Origin: a bacterium
GTDB taxonomy: Bacteria > Patescibacteriota > Patescibacteriia > JAGPKW01
Assembly: GCA_021780535.1 (NCBI GenBank)
Contig: JAJXYN010000012.1
Span: forward strand, 5,688 to 69,687
Direction of reading: 5' to 3'
DNA length: 64,000 nt
Position numbers and translations under genes: made by a program. How positions within the stretch are numbered: position 1 is the first letter of the stretch; each line of letters opens with the position of its first letter. Below are positions 8,618 through 18,041 of this stretch, piece by piece. Below the pieces are notes generated by a model, which had not been told where the DNA came from, did no database searches, and saw nothing but the letters and a program-made list of their open reading frames with translations.

Positions 8618-10351
8618 TTAAAATATTTTTTTTGTTGTTTTTATATACCAATCTTGAATATTATTAAATCTTTCTGACGGTGTTGTTATTTCTTTGTCAT
8701 TTACTATGTGAGCATCTTTTGTTGTTATATAATTATAATTTGGATTGAAAAGAAATATCGCAGGCATGTCATCTTTTATTTTTTGTTGAACAAATTTGTA
8801 TAAATCTTGTATATCATCTTTATTTGTTGTTTTTCTAGCTTTTTCTATTGCTTGATCAACTTCTTTATTATTATATAATGATAAATTTAAACCAGGATTT
8901 TCTATTTGAGATGAGTGCCAGAAAGGGAATGGATCAGAAGATCCTCCAAGTATTTCTCCATAAAGTAATATTTCATAATTTCTAGGCTTTAAAACATCTT
9001 CTTTCACAGAGTCTTGATCTGTATATTGAATGTTTAATTTAATTCCTAATTTTTCCCACTGTTTTTTTATTTCTTCAGCAACTAATTGACTATCGGTATT
9101 TGATACTGCTGTCAATGTGAATTCTAATTTTTTATCTCCATTTGCCATTATCCCTGTTATTGGATCTCTTTTCCAGCCATTACTTTCTAATAAATCTACT
9201 GCACTTGAAGGATTGAAATCATAATCTTTAAAACTTGGATCATATCCTATCATGTTTTTGAAGAATATCGTTTCTACCTTTTCTGCATTACCACCAAAAA
9301 CATTATTTATTATTGCATCTTTATCTGTTCCTATTGTTAATGCTTTTCTTATATAAGTATCCTTTAATAAAGAATTTAATGATGAGTTAAAAAATAATGC
9401 TGTGTATTGTGGAAGATTAAAATTATTTATATTAATATTTTTTGTATTAAGAGATTTTATTTCATTTTGATTTAAAAAATTAATACCATTTACTTTTTTG
9501 TCTTTTATAGCATCTATCGCTTCTTGTGTATCCGCTAAAAATTTAAAAGTTACTTCACTTATATAAGGTTTCTTTTTGAAATAACCATTGTTACTTTCAA
9601 CTGTATATGATTGTATGAAACCTTCTTTACTTTTAGATAATGTTTTGAATTTGTATGGGCCAGTCCCTATTGGCTTTAAATTGTATTCACTAAGAGGGAA
9701 TTGAGTATAACTAATATCTTGCCATATATGTTTTGGTAATATTCCAAAAGTTAATGAATTTAAGAATGGTGAATATACATCTGCCAATGTAAATGAAAAA
9801 TCTAAATCATCTATTTTGGTTGCTTTTACATCTTTGAATGTTACAAATAATGGACTTTTATAATTTGGATCTTGTGCGGTTTTCATTGTAAAAATCACAT
9901 CATCTGATGTTAATTTCGTACCATCATGCCAATATATATTGTCTTTTAATTTGAAAGTGTATGTTTTTTGATCGTCTGATATTGTATATGAACTTACAAG
10001 TGATGGGGTTAATACTCTTTTATCATATTCAAATAATGAATTATATATCAATGTATTTATATCGGTATCTACGCTATTAGATAAAGACAATAAAGGGTTT
10101 AAATATTGTATTTGTCCTATTATCCCTTCTGTGTAACTTCCACCATATGCTGGGATAGAATCTATATGTTGATAACCTTTGATTAAAAAATAACCAGAAC
10201 ATATTATTATTAAAACTATGAAAATTCTTAAGAAAACTTTTTCTTTTAAATTTAAAAATAAGGATAAATATTTAAATTGTTTTAAACTTGGAATTTTATT
10301 TTTATTTTTTTGAGAAACTAGTTTGAGGTTAGTTTTATAGAATTTGTCCAT
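8618..10351 (-). CDS. ABC transporter substrate-binding protein, family 5 (OppA/DppA-like), N-terminally membrane-anchored
   Basis: 577 aa with an N-terminal hydrophobic anchor. Overall OppA-like composition and motifs of extracellular solute-binding family 5. Confidence 0.7.
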   Translation of the reverse strand: MDKFYKTNLKLVSQKNKNKIPSLKQFKYLSLFLNLKEKVFLRIFIVLIIICSGYFLIKGYQHIDSIPAYGGSYTEGIIGQIQYLNPLLSLSNSVDTDINTLIYNSLFEYDKRVLTPSLVSSYTISDDQKTYTFKLKDNIYWHDGTKLTSDDVIFTMKTAQDPNYKSPLFVTFKDVKATKIDDLDFSFTLADVYSPFLNSLTFGILPKHIWQDISYTQFPLSEYNLKPIGTGPYKFKTLSKSKEGFIQSYTVESNNGYFKKKPYISEVTFKFLADTQEAIDAIKDKKVNGINFLNQNEIKSLNTKNININNFNLPQYTALFFNSSLNSLLKDTYIRKALTIGTDKDAIINNVFGGNAEKVETIFFKNMIGYDPSFKDYDFNPSSAVDLLESNGWKRDPITGIMANGDKKLEFTLTAVSNTDSQLVAEEIKKQWEKLGIKLNIQYTDQDSVKEDVLKPRNYEILLYGEILGGSSDPFPFWHSSQIENPGLNLSLYNNKEVDQAIEKARKTTNKDDIQDLYKFVQQKIKDDMPAIFLFNPNYNYITTKDAHIVNDKEITTPSERFNNIQDWYIKTTKKIF

Positions 10352-10369
10352 AGAGGATAGTTAAAATAT

Positions 10370-10427
10370 CTAAATATAAAAATATTTAAAAGAAAAAACT
10401 TTTTGTATTTAGATATTTCTATATTTT
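10370..10427 (+). repeat. intergenic element family, copy 3 (partial): CTAAATATAAAAATATTTAAAAG...GATATTTCTATATTTTAT
   Basis: Same modules as 8482-8550 and 33803-33895. Confidence 0.4.
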
Positions 10428-10429
10428 AT

Positions 10430-10648
10430 TTATTTAACGAATATATTTGCAATTATAGAAAGAGAAAGTATTGTACCTAATACAATAGTAGTTATGTAAA
10501 GAACTTTTTCAGCTCCTCTTTTTGTGGTATAAAAATTGCTTGACCCACCAAAAAGATTAGAAAGGCTAGAATTTTTGCCTTGTAATAAAACAGAAACTAT
10601 TATTAATATTGAAGTAATGAATTGTACTATTCTAAGTATTTTTTCCAT
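10430..10648 (-). CDS. secG: preprotein translocase subunit SecG
   Basis: 72 aa with two TM helices flanking the conserved 'VLLQ..K..GL...FGG' loop. Confidence 0.75.
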   Translation of the reverse strand: MEKILRIVQFITSILIIVSVLLQGKNSSLSNLFGGSSNFYTTKRGAEKVLYITTIVLGTILSLSIIANIFVK

Positions 10649-10661
10649 ATTTTTATTAATT

Positions 10662-10737
10662 TGGTAGGCCCTGTGGGAATTGAACCCACGACCATCAGCT
10701 TAAAAGGCTGTTGCTCTACCAACTGAGCTAAGGACCT
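10662..10737 (-). tRNA. tRNA-Lys (anticodon UUU)
   Basis: Reverse complement reads AGGTCCT-TA-GCTCAGTTGGTAGAGC-A-ACAGC-CTTTTAA-GCTGA...GTGGGTTCAATTCCCAC-AGGGCCT-A-CCA. Confidence 0.85.
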
Positions 10738-10949
10738 GTTACATCAAAGTATTAGATAGTATACAGTATTTTTTGGAAAAGGTCAATGTTGAAGGAATAT
10801 AAGAATATGAGAAAGTACAATTAGTCTTTATTAGAGCTTAAGCTGATCGGAATGAATAAAAATGGATTGTGGATAAAAATTATATATTTCTTGACTAAAA
10901 AGTGATATAATATTGTTATTATTAGTTGTTTATTAGTTAAATTAATATT

Positions 10950-11378
10950 ATGGACGGTAAGATTTATGATTTATTAAAGAAAATTGATGATATTAAAATA
11001 GCAAAATTTGGCTTATCTAAAGAAAATAGAATTTTTTTAAAGAAGTTACTTATAAATCAGTATTATTTGGATGATTTTATAAGATCTTATGGTATTGATG
11101 GAGCTGTTAGTTTTTTAAATGGTATTTTTGAAGATTTAACTACTATAAGCAATACAATTAATAATTTAAAACAAAAATCTTTGGCAGAAAACGATGAAGA
11201 TATTAAGAAATCCATTGATGTTCTATTTAGTGACGAAACAAATGATTTAGAAAAAGAAAGAGAAGAAAAGATTGAATTGTTTTTAAAACAAGAGCTTGAG
11301 ATGCAAAAAACAAAAAAAGAACGAGAAGATGATATAAAAAAATATAATAATTTAACAAAAAAACTAAATAGTAATTAA
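10950..11378 (+). CDS. hypothetical protein (142 aa, charged/coiled-coil-like C-terminus)
   Basis: ORF with an upstream extended -10 (TGaTATAAT). No recognisable domain. Confidence 0.45.
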   Translation: MDGKIYDLLKKIDDIKIAKFGLSKENRIFLKKLLINQYYLDDFIRSYGIDGAVSFLNGIFEDLTTISNTINNLKQKSLAENDEDIKKSIDVLFSDETNDLEKEREEKIELFLKQELEMQKTKKEREDDIKKYNNLTKKLNSN

Positions 11379-11384
11379 TATTTT

Positions 11385-12023
11385 ATGGCTAAATTTGAAG
11401 GCTTAGAAATTCTTTCTGGGGAAGATAGACTTAAAAATACTGCGGATGTTAAGGCACTAGAAGAAAGGGTAAATAATTTGGGCGAAATAACCTTAGATAA
11501 ATTAGCAAGAAACAAAACACTTGATGTTGTTGTTGATAATTTAAATAATGCAATGAAAGATGTGTTTGCAAATGCCCCAACTGTTTTAAAAATGATAGAA
11601 AACATAAAAACTACGATACAAGATGCTTTAAATAGAATGGGGGATGTAAGTGATTATGAAATTAACACATTATCAACAAATTCGCTAGAAACTCCTTCAT
11701 CTATTCCGTCAAGTTTCAAAAATGTTGTTGAAATACATGATGTTTACATTGCTGTAAGAGGATTAATAGATGACAAAATATTTCAAGCAATTGCAGGTAA
11801 TAGTAAAACAAGAGAGTGGGAGGCTCAACATTCTAAAGATGAAAACATTCTAAATGATAGAAGATATGTTGAACTTATGACTCAAAATCTTGATAATTTA
11901 GCTATGTTTTTAAAGAAAAAAGATAAAAATCCAAAAGAAGAAATACTTACAACAATTATTAAAAATTCTTTAGAAAAAGAAGAAAAAACAAACGAATGGT
12001 ATGATAAGGTTGTTGGCATTTAA
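11385..12023 (+). CDS. hypothetical protein (212 aa)
   Basis: ORF 6 nt after the previous gene, so presumably one operon. No recognisable domain. Confidence 0.45.
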   Translation: MAKFEGLEILSGEDRLKNTADVKALEERVNNLGEITLDKLARNKTLDVVVDNLNNAMKDVFANAPTVLKMIENIKTTIQDALNRMGDVSDYEINTLSTNSLETPSSIPSSFKNVVEIHDVYIAVRGLIDDKIFQAIAGNSKTREWEAQHSKDENILNDRRYVELMTQNLDNLAMFLKKKDKNPKEEILTTIIKNSLEKEEKTNEWYDKVVGI

Positions 12024-12037
12024 TGATAAAAAATAAA

Positions 12038-12064
12038 AACCACCTCTTGGAATAGGTGGTTTTG
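12038..12064 (+). terminator. bidirectional terminator between convergent genes
   Basis: CCACCT-cttggaat-AGGTGG followed by TTTT. Confidence 0.6.
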
Positions 12065-12568
12065 TTATTCTGAGGCATATATTATATTTGCCTCCATAAT
12101 TCTTTTTAGTTCCTTTTCATTAAAAAGTTTCATTTCGTAATAACATTCAAGAATTCTTAGCTTCGCAAGTTTTATTTCAGGATCGTTTTCTTTATCTATT
12201 TTGAAAACTTTAACTTGTTTTTTGTATTTTTTTTGATAATAAGAAATAAGCTCATCGGTTTTTTTTATCATTTCTTCGCTACCCGCACGATATAGGGTAA
12301 AGCGAAGAACAGCTTCATGGAGCCAGAATAAAAACAAAGTTTCTATTACTTGATTTATTGGGCTGTTGGCTAAAAATTTTTCAAAATCATCATTCCCAGT
12401 TTTTTTGAAAAATTCAACGGTTAGTCCATCTTCTTCTAGTATCCATGATAGAGTATTTGTGCTGGTGTAAACTGATCTTATATTTGTTGAAACTCTTATA
12501 TTTAGGCCGTTCTGACGTATTTTCAAAAAATTTCTTTTTTGAAAATCAAACTTGATTATATTTCTCAT
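12065..12568 (-). CDS. hypothetical protein (167 aa)
   Basis: ORF only. Confidence 0.45.
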   Translation of the reverse strand: MRNIIKFDFQKRNFLKIRQNGLNIRVSTNIRSVYTSTNTLSWILEEDGLTVEFFKKTGNDDFEKFLANSPINQVIETLFLFWLHEAVLRFTLYRAGSEEMIKKTDELISYYQKKYKKQVKVFKIDKENDPEIKLAKLRILECYYEMKLFNEKELKRIMEANIIYASE

Positions 12569-12707
12569 TTATTTATCTCCTTTATTTTCTGTGTTGTTGT
12601 TCTTGTGTTATACCATAAAATATTATAAAAAGCAATATTATTTAGGGTTTTAAATATTATAATATATATGTTATAATTATTTCGTATTAAAAAGGTAAAT
12701 AAAAAAG

Positions 12708-13181
12708 GTGAACAAAATATTATTTTCCGTATTAACCATTTTTAGTTTGTTTTTTTATAGTCAAGCGTTTGCTTTAGAAGAAATATCTTTTCCTGATGCT
12801 ATTTATGTTTTTGTTGATGGCACATATATAAAAAAAGATATTTATGAGGCTAGTTTAAAAACTAAAACATTATTAGAAAATAAAAATAAAACAATAAATG
12901 GATATGCTACTTACTATGGTACTACTAGAAAATTCCAGGGTAAGAAAACTGCATCCGGAGAAAGATTTAATAGAAATCTTATGACTGCCGCTATGAACGG
13001 AATAAAGTTTGGTACTAAAGTAAAAGTTACAAATCTAACTAATAATAAATATATTATTGTTAAGATAAACGATAGAATGGGTAGTGTAAAAAATAAGATT
13101 GATTTATCTTCCGGTGCTTTTAAAAAAATTGCTAATTTGAGTACTGGCAGAATAAAAGTGAAAATAGAAATTTTAAAATGA
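12708..13181 (+). CDS. secreted RlpA-like double-psi beta-barrel (DPBB) protein, GTG start
   Basis: It has a signal peptide. The DPBB signature GYATYYG...KTASGERF...MTAAM...GTKVKVTNL...VKINDRM...IDLSSGAF matches RlpA/expansin-like proteins. Confidence 0.7.
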   Translation: MNKILFSVLTIFSLFFYSQAFALEEISFPDAIYVFVDGTYIKKDIYEASLKTKTLLENKNKTINGYATYYGTTRKFQGKKTASGERFNRNLMTAAMNGIKFGTKVKVTNLTNNKYIIVKINDRMGSVKNKIDLSSGAFKKIANLSTGRIKVKIEILK

Positions 13182-13249
13182 TTATATTTATTGATGAATA
13201 TGTTGAATTAAAAATTCTAAATTAATTTCTTAATTTATTAAATTATTTT

Positions 13250-13930
13250 ATGATTGAATTTAAAAATATTGGTAAAATTTATAATAACTCAGTTAATGTT
13301 TTAAAAGATATTAATTTGTCTATAGATAATGGTGAATATGTTTGTATCATTGGCAGAAGTGGTTCTGGAAAAACAACATTAGCTAAACTTATGACCGCCG
13401 AAGAAAAACCAACTTCTGGTGTTATTACTATTGATGATTGGGATATTACAAAAATAAAGAAAAAAGATATTCCGTCTTTGCGAAGACAGATTGCTGTTAT
13501 ATTCCAAGATTTTCGTCTTTTGCCAAAAAAAACAGCAAAAGAAAACATCTCTTTTGCATGTGAGATATCTGGAGATTTTGGTTCTAAAATGAATTCAAAA
13601 ATAGATCAATTATTACAAGTTGTTGGATTGGGTGATAAATCTAAAAATTATCCTTTTGAATTATCTGGTGGAGAACAACAAAGAGTTGCTATTGCTCGTG
13701 CGCTTGCTTTTAACCCAAGTATTTTAATAGCTGATGAACCCACTGGAAATCTTGATTCTATAAATACAGAAGGTATTTTAACACTTCTTCAAGATATAAA
13801 TAACATGGGAACTACAGTTATTTTAATTACGCATGATAAAGAAATTGTTAATTCTTTGAATAAGAGAATTATTACTATTGAAGATGGAAGGATAGCTAGT
13901 GATAGAGTTAATGGTAAATATTTAATTTAA
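13250..13930 (+). CDS. ftsE: cell-division ABC ATPase FtsE
   Basis: Walker A GRSGSGKTT, ABC signature LSGGEQQRVAIARAL, Walker B ILIADEPTGNLD. Confidence 0.9.
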   Translation: MIEFKNIGKIYNNSVNVLKDINLSIDNGEYVCIIGRSGSGKTTLAKLMTAEEKPTSGVITIDDWDITKIKKKDIPSLRRQIAVIFQDFRLLPKKTAKENISFACEISGDFGSKMNSKIDQLLQVVGLGDKSKNYPFELSGGEQQRVAIARALAFNPSILIADEPTGNLDSINTEGILTLLQDINNMGTTVILITHDKEIVNSLNKRIITIEDGRIASDRVNGKYLI

Positions 13931-13946
13931 GTTTGATTTTAAAATT

Positions 13947-14864
13947 ATGTTTTTTATTACTTTTGCTAGATTATTAAAATATTCAACACAAGGATTTTTT
14001 AGAAATTTTTGGTTATCTTTTGTGTGTATTACAACTATGGTTTTAGCTTTTGTTTTGATAGATGTTTTAGGTGGTATTGGTATAGCTTCTAATGATATTG
14101 TTAATTCTGTAAAAAATAAAATAGATGTTAGTATCTATATAAAAAATACTGCTACAGATGATCAGATTTTTGCTATTAAGACTGAAATAGCTGGACTTAG
14201 GGGAGTTAAGAGTGTTGTTTATACTTCAAAACAACAAGCTTTAGATGATTTTAAAAAAAGACATAACGATAATTCTTTGCTTATAAATTCCTTGAATGAA
14301 TTGGACACGAATCCTATTGGTGCAACTTTAATTGTTAAGGCTGATTCTACAAACGATTATTCATATATATTGGAATATGTTAGTCAGTTTCAATATAAAG
14401 ATTTAATAGAAGATACTAACTATACTGACAATAAGCTTATTATCAGTAAAATAAATACATTTAATGTTACTATTTCTAAAGGAATATTATTTGTCGGTTT
14501 ATTTTTTGGTTTTATATCCGCTATAACGGTTTTAAATACACTTAGAATTACTATTTATTCTAGAAGGAGAGAAATAGAAATAATGAGATTTTTGGGTGCT
14601 AGTTGGTCATTTATTAAGGTGCCATTTATTTTGGAAGCTATATTTTATTTAATAGCTGGCTGGATTTTATCAATAGGTTTGTATTATTCTATGTTGATAT
14701 TTCTTGCTCCATATTCTAATGTTTTCTTTTCTTTCTATCAAACAGATATAGTTAAATTAATAATGCCTAATTCTATAAATACTATAATAGTTGAATTAGT
14801 TATAGGACTTGCGATTACTGTTTTTTCAAGTATATTGAGTATTCGTAAATATGCAAAGGTTTAA
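13947..14864 (+). CDS. ftsX: cell-division permease-like protein FtsX
   Basis: 305 aa with FtsX-type topology (N-terminal TM, large extracytoplasmic loop, three C-terminal TM helices), immediately after ftsE. Confidence 0.8.
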   Translation: MFFITFARLLKYSTQGFFRNFWLSFVCITTMVLAFVLIDVLGGIGIASNDIVNSVKNKIDVSIYIKNTATDDQIFAIKTEIAGLRGVKSVVYTSKQQALDDFKKRHNDNSLLINSLNELDTNPIGATLIVKADSTNDYSYILEYVSQFQYKDLIEDTNYTDNKLIISKINTFNVTISKGILFVGLFFGFISAITVLNTLRITIYSRRREIEIMRFLGASWSFIKVPFILEAIFYLIAGWILSIGLYYSMLIFLAPYSNVFFSFYQTDIVKLIMPNSINTIIVELVIGLAITVFSSILSIRKYAKV

Positions 14865-14873
14865 ACATAAAAA

Positions 14874-15272
14874 ATGAAAAAAAGAACTTTTTATATTTTA
14901 ATGTTTATTTTTTGGCTAGGTGCTATATTTTTCTTTTCTTCTATCCCTGATTTGAAATCTAGTCTTCCTTCTATTTATGATTTTATATTTAGAAAAATTG
15001 CTCATTTTACAGAATATTTTGTTTTAGCATTCTTTGCTTTGAAAATTTTTACTTATGAAGAACTTAAAAATAAAAAATTTGATCATAATGTTTTATTTGT
15101 TTTCTTAATAATTTTTTTATATGCATCAAGCGATGAGTTTCATCAATTATTTGTTTCTGGAAGACATTTTGCTATTAGAGATATATTGATAGATTTTTCC
15201 GGAGCTGTTGGTTGCTATTTGTCTTTAAGATTTTTAGATAAAAATATTTTATGGTTTAAAAAGAATGGATAG
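14874..15272 (+). CDS. VanZ-family membrane protein
   Basis: RKIAHFTEYFVLAF...SDEFHQLFVSGRH...IRDILIDFSGA matches the VanZ-like family. Confidence 0.65.
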   Translation: MKKRTFYILMFIFWLGAIFFFSSIPDLKSSLPSIYDFIFRKIAHFTEYFVLAFFALKIFTYEELKNKKFDHNVLFVFLIIFLYASSDEFHQLFVSGRHFAIRDILIDFSGAVGCYLSLRFLDKNILWFKKNG

Positions 15273-15492
15273 TGCCATTCTTTTTGATTTATTGTATTTT
15301 TTTATTTCTTTATGATAATATTTCATTGTTTTTATAATTAAAAATAAAAATATGATAGGTTGAGTATAAATAATAAATAACAAATTTTAATTTTATCATT
15401 TAATTGTTTAAACACTGTACATAGACTGTCAAATCTTGGTAAAATAAATTAACAAAAATATAATTAAATTATAAATATTATTAATTAATTGT

Positions 15493-16578
15493 ATGGAAAA
15501 TAAAAAAGATAAAATTTTCTTTTCTGGAGGAGGAACCCTTGGTTCGGTTGTGCCATTATTAGGTTTGTATGAAGATTTAAATAATAAGTATGATAATTAT
15601 GAGTATTGTTGGGTTGGTACAAAAAATGGTCCAGAAAAAGATGTTGTTGTTAAATATAATAATATAAGATATTTTGGTATTAATTCAGGCAAATTTAGAA
15701 GATATTTTGACGTTAGGAATTTTTTTGATTTTTTCAATGTTTTTGTTGCATTTTTTCAATGTATTAGTTTAATTAAAAATCACAAACCTAAAATTATATT
15801 AACTGCTGGTGGTTTTGTTTGTGTGCCTCTTTGTCTTGCCGCAAGGATTTTAAAAGTTCCATTTTTCGTTCATCAACAGGATTATGAGATTGGTCTTGCT
15901 AACAAAATAATGGCAAGGTTTGCAAATGTTGTAACCGTTGTTTTAGATAAATCATTAAAAGATTATTCTTCTATTGTTGGAGTTAATAAAGTTATTAAAA
16001 CTGGTAATTTAGTAAAAAAATCTATTTTTGATTTTGATTATTCTTCTGCAAAAAATTTTTTTAATATTCATTCTGAAAAAAAAATTCTTTTAGTTACTGG
16101 TGGTGGTACTGGGGCCGAATTTATTAATAATTTAATATTAAATAATTTAGAAGTAATTCTTAAAAATTATGAAGTTATTCATCTAGTTGGGAAAGGGAAG
16201 GGACTTGATATTAAAGCTAAAGGTGAAATTGTTGGATATCATGTTTATGAATTTCTAACAACAGAAATGAAAATGGCATTAAATATTGCTGATGTGATAA
16301 TTTCTCGTGCTGGTTTTTCTATTCTTACAGAAATATGTGCATTAAAAAAACCATTAATATTAATACCATTGCCAGGACATCAAGATTTGAACGCGAAATT
16401 ATTTGAAAATAAAGCATTTGTATATTATCAAGAAAATTTTGATAATAATAAATTTTTGGAAGATTTGGAAAAATTATTTAGCAGTGATGAATTAAGAAAA
16501 ATTGTTGGAGATGAAGTTGGAACTGTAATTGAAATAGGAAATGATATATATATGAAATTAGTAGAAGAATATCTTTAG
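15493..16578 (+). CDS. murG: undecaprenyldiphospho-muramoylpentapeptide beta-N-acetylglucosaminyltransferase (GT28)
   Basis: Glycine-rich N-terminal loop FSGGGTLGSV and the C-terminal ISRAGFSILTE...LIPLP...HQDLNAKLF block typical of MurG. Confidence 0.8.
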   Translation: MENKKDKIFFSGGGTLGSVVPLLGLYEDLNNKYDNYEYCWVGTKNGPEKDVVVKYNNIRYFGINSGKFRRYFDVRNFFDFFNVFVAFFQCISLIKNHKPKIILTAGGFVCVPLCLAARILKVPFFVHQQDYEIGLANKIMARFANVVTVVLDKSLKDYSSIVGVNKVIKTGNLVKKSIFDFDYSSAKNFFNIHSEKKILLVTGGGTGAEFINNLILNNLEVILKNYEVIHLVGKGKGLDIKAKGEIVGYHVYEFLTTEMKMALNIADVIISRAGFSILTEICALKKPLILIPLPGHQDLNAKLFENKAFVYYQENFDNNKFLEDLEKLFSSDELRKIVGDEVGTVIEIGNDIYMKLVEEYL

Positions 16579-16689
16579 AATAAATGAGAAGGGATGAGAA
16601 TTAATGATGAAACTTTATTTCATTCCTTCTCATGCGTTGAAGGCGGTTCTTTTATACTTTTTAGGGTACAATTTCTTAACATTTTTTTT

Positions 16690-16762
16690 GCCGTCGTAGC
16701 TCAGTTGGTAGAGCGTCACATTGGTAATGTGGAGGTCGCAAGTTCAATCCTTGTCGTCGGCT
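16690..16762 (+). tRNA. tRNA-Thr (anticodon GGU); one U-U mismatch at 5:68 in the acceptor stem
   Basis: GCCGTCG-TA-GCTCAGTTGGTAGAGC-G-TCACA-TTGGTAA-TGTGG-AGGTC-GCAAG-TTCAATC-CTTGT-CGTCGGC-T. Confidence 0.8.
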
Positions 16763-16878
16763 CCGAACTTGAACAAATTTTTTGAACTATTTTTTTATTG
16801 TAGTTATCAACACTTTTGATAAATAGAAAATTATGATAAAATATTTGTAATTAATAAAAAAGGTTAACAATTTAATAT

Positions 16879-17679
16879 ATGTATAATAGAAACGAAGAAA
16901 AACAATCTTCTGCTGTTTTTTCGCCAGTAGATAAGGTTGTTGGTGTTCTTGTTTTGTCTGATGTTTTAATAACGGGTAGCTTTGGTCTTATAGCTCCGTT
17001 GTTTGCTATATTTATCAGTCAAGATATAGTAGGTGCTAGTTTAGAAGTTATAGCAATATTTACTGCTATTTATCTTTTAACAAAATCGTTATTTCAATTA
17101 GTTACTACCGAATTAATACAAAAAATAAAAGGTGAGAAAGATGAGTTTTATTTTGACTTTATTGGTGCTTTTGCTGCCTCAATGGTTTATCTAGTTTTCC
17201 CTTTGATTAATGCTGTGCCTGAGCTTTATGTTGCTGCTTTTATACTTGGTATATCCGCCGCTCTTACATATCCTTCTTGGTCAGCTTTATTCAATCACCA
17301 TATAAAAGATACAAAAGTTTGGGGTATGTATTATACAGTTTTAGATTGTGTTCTTGCTCTTACTGCTATAATTGGTGCGATGATTGCTACTGCATTAGGA
17401 TTTGACTATCTTTTCTTGATTATTGGTTCTTTGGGGGTTGTTGGTTCATTTATTCTTCTTATTATCAAAAAAGATGTATTTGGAACTGCAACAAAAAATA
17501 CTACAAAACGTCTTTCTAAAACTCTAAAAGGAGATATGATAGAAGAAAGAATATTATCTGTTGCAAGTAAAAAACCTATAAAGAAAACTACTAAAACTTC
17601 TTCTAGAGCTACAAGTAAAAAATCTACCAAAAAAATTCTTGTTAAAAAGGCAAAATCTACAAGACAAGCTAACGGTTAA
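16879..17679 (+). CDS. hypothetical integral membrane protein with a lysine-rich (histone-H1-like) C-terminal tail
   Basis: Roughly six predicted TM helices, then KKPIKKTTKTSSRATSKKSTKKILVKKAKS. Confidence 0.5.
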   Translation: MYNRNEEKQSSAVFSPVDKVVGVLVLSDVLITGSFGLIAPLFAIFISQDIVGASLEVIAIFTAIYLLTKSLFQLVTTELIQKIKGEKDEFYFDFIGAFAASMVYLVFPLINAVPELYVAAFILGISAALTYPSWSALFNHHIKDTKVWGMYYTVLDCVLALTAIIGAMIATALGFDYLFLIIGSLGVVGSFILLIIKKDVFGTATKNTTKRLSKTLKGDMIEERILSVASKKPIKKTTKTSSRATSKKSTKKILVKKAKSTRQANG

Positions 17680-17743
17680 TAATTAAAAGAAAGACTAAAC
17701 ATCTTTCTTTTTTTGTTTTATTTTGTTATTATTTATATGTTAT

Positions 17744-17818
17744 GCACTCATAGTTCAACGGATAGAACGCGAGATTGCGGATCTTGCGATAGAGGTTCGA
17801 TTCCTCTTGGGTGCACCA
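17744..17818 (+). tRNA. tRNA-Arg (anticodon read as GCG, G37)
   Basis: GCACTCA-TA-GTTC-AACGGATA-GAAC-G-CGAGA-TTGCGGA-TCTTG-CGAT-AGAGG-TTCGATT-CCTCT-TGGGTGC-A-CCA. A20 is present in the D loop. Confidence 0.75.
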
Positions 17819-18041
17819 ATTTTAATCTTTAATTTTAGATACCATGGATGATGATATGATGTATAAAATATATATGTTTCTAATTATATTTTTATATACC
17901 TTAGTTATAGTTAGCATAACGTTTTTACTGACTAAATATATCTTTTTGAAAGCTGTTTGTGCTGCTTAGTTTATAATTGCTATTTTCTATGTAAATTGAT
18001 AATATAATCTCTATTAATTTAAAATTGTAAAAAGTATTATT

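Noticed and set aside
16594-16785. 63-aa plus-strand ORF in the track
   Set aside because: It completely overlaps tRNA-Thr (16690-16762). The tRNA cloverleaf is far better supported than a short ORF with no SD.
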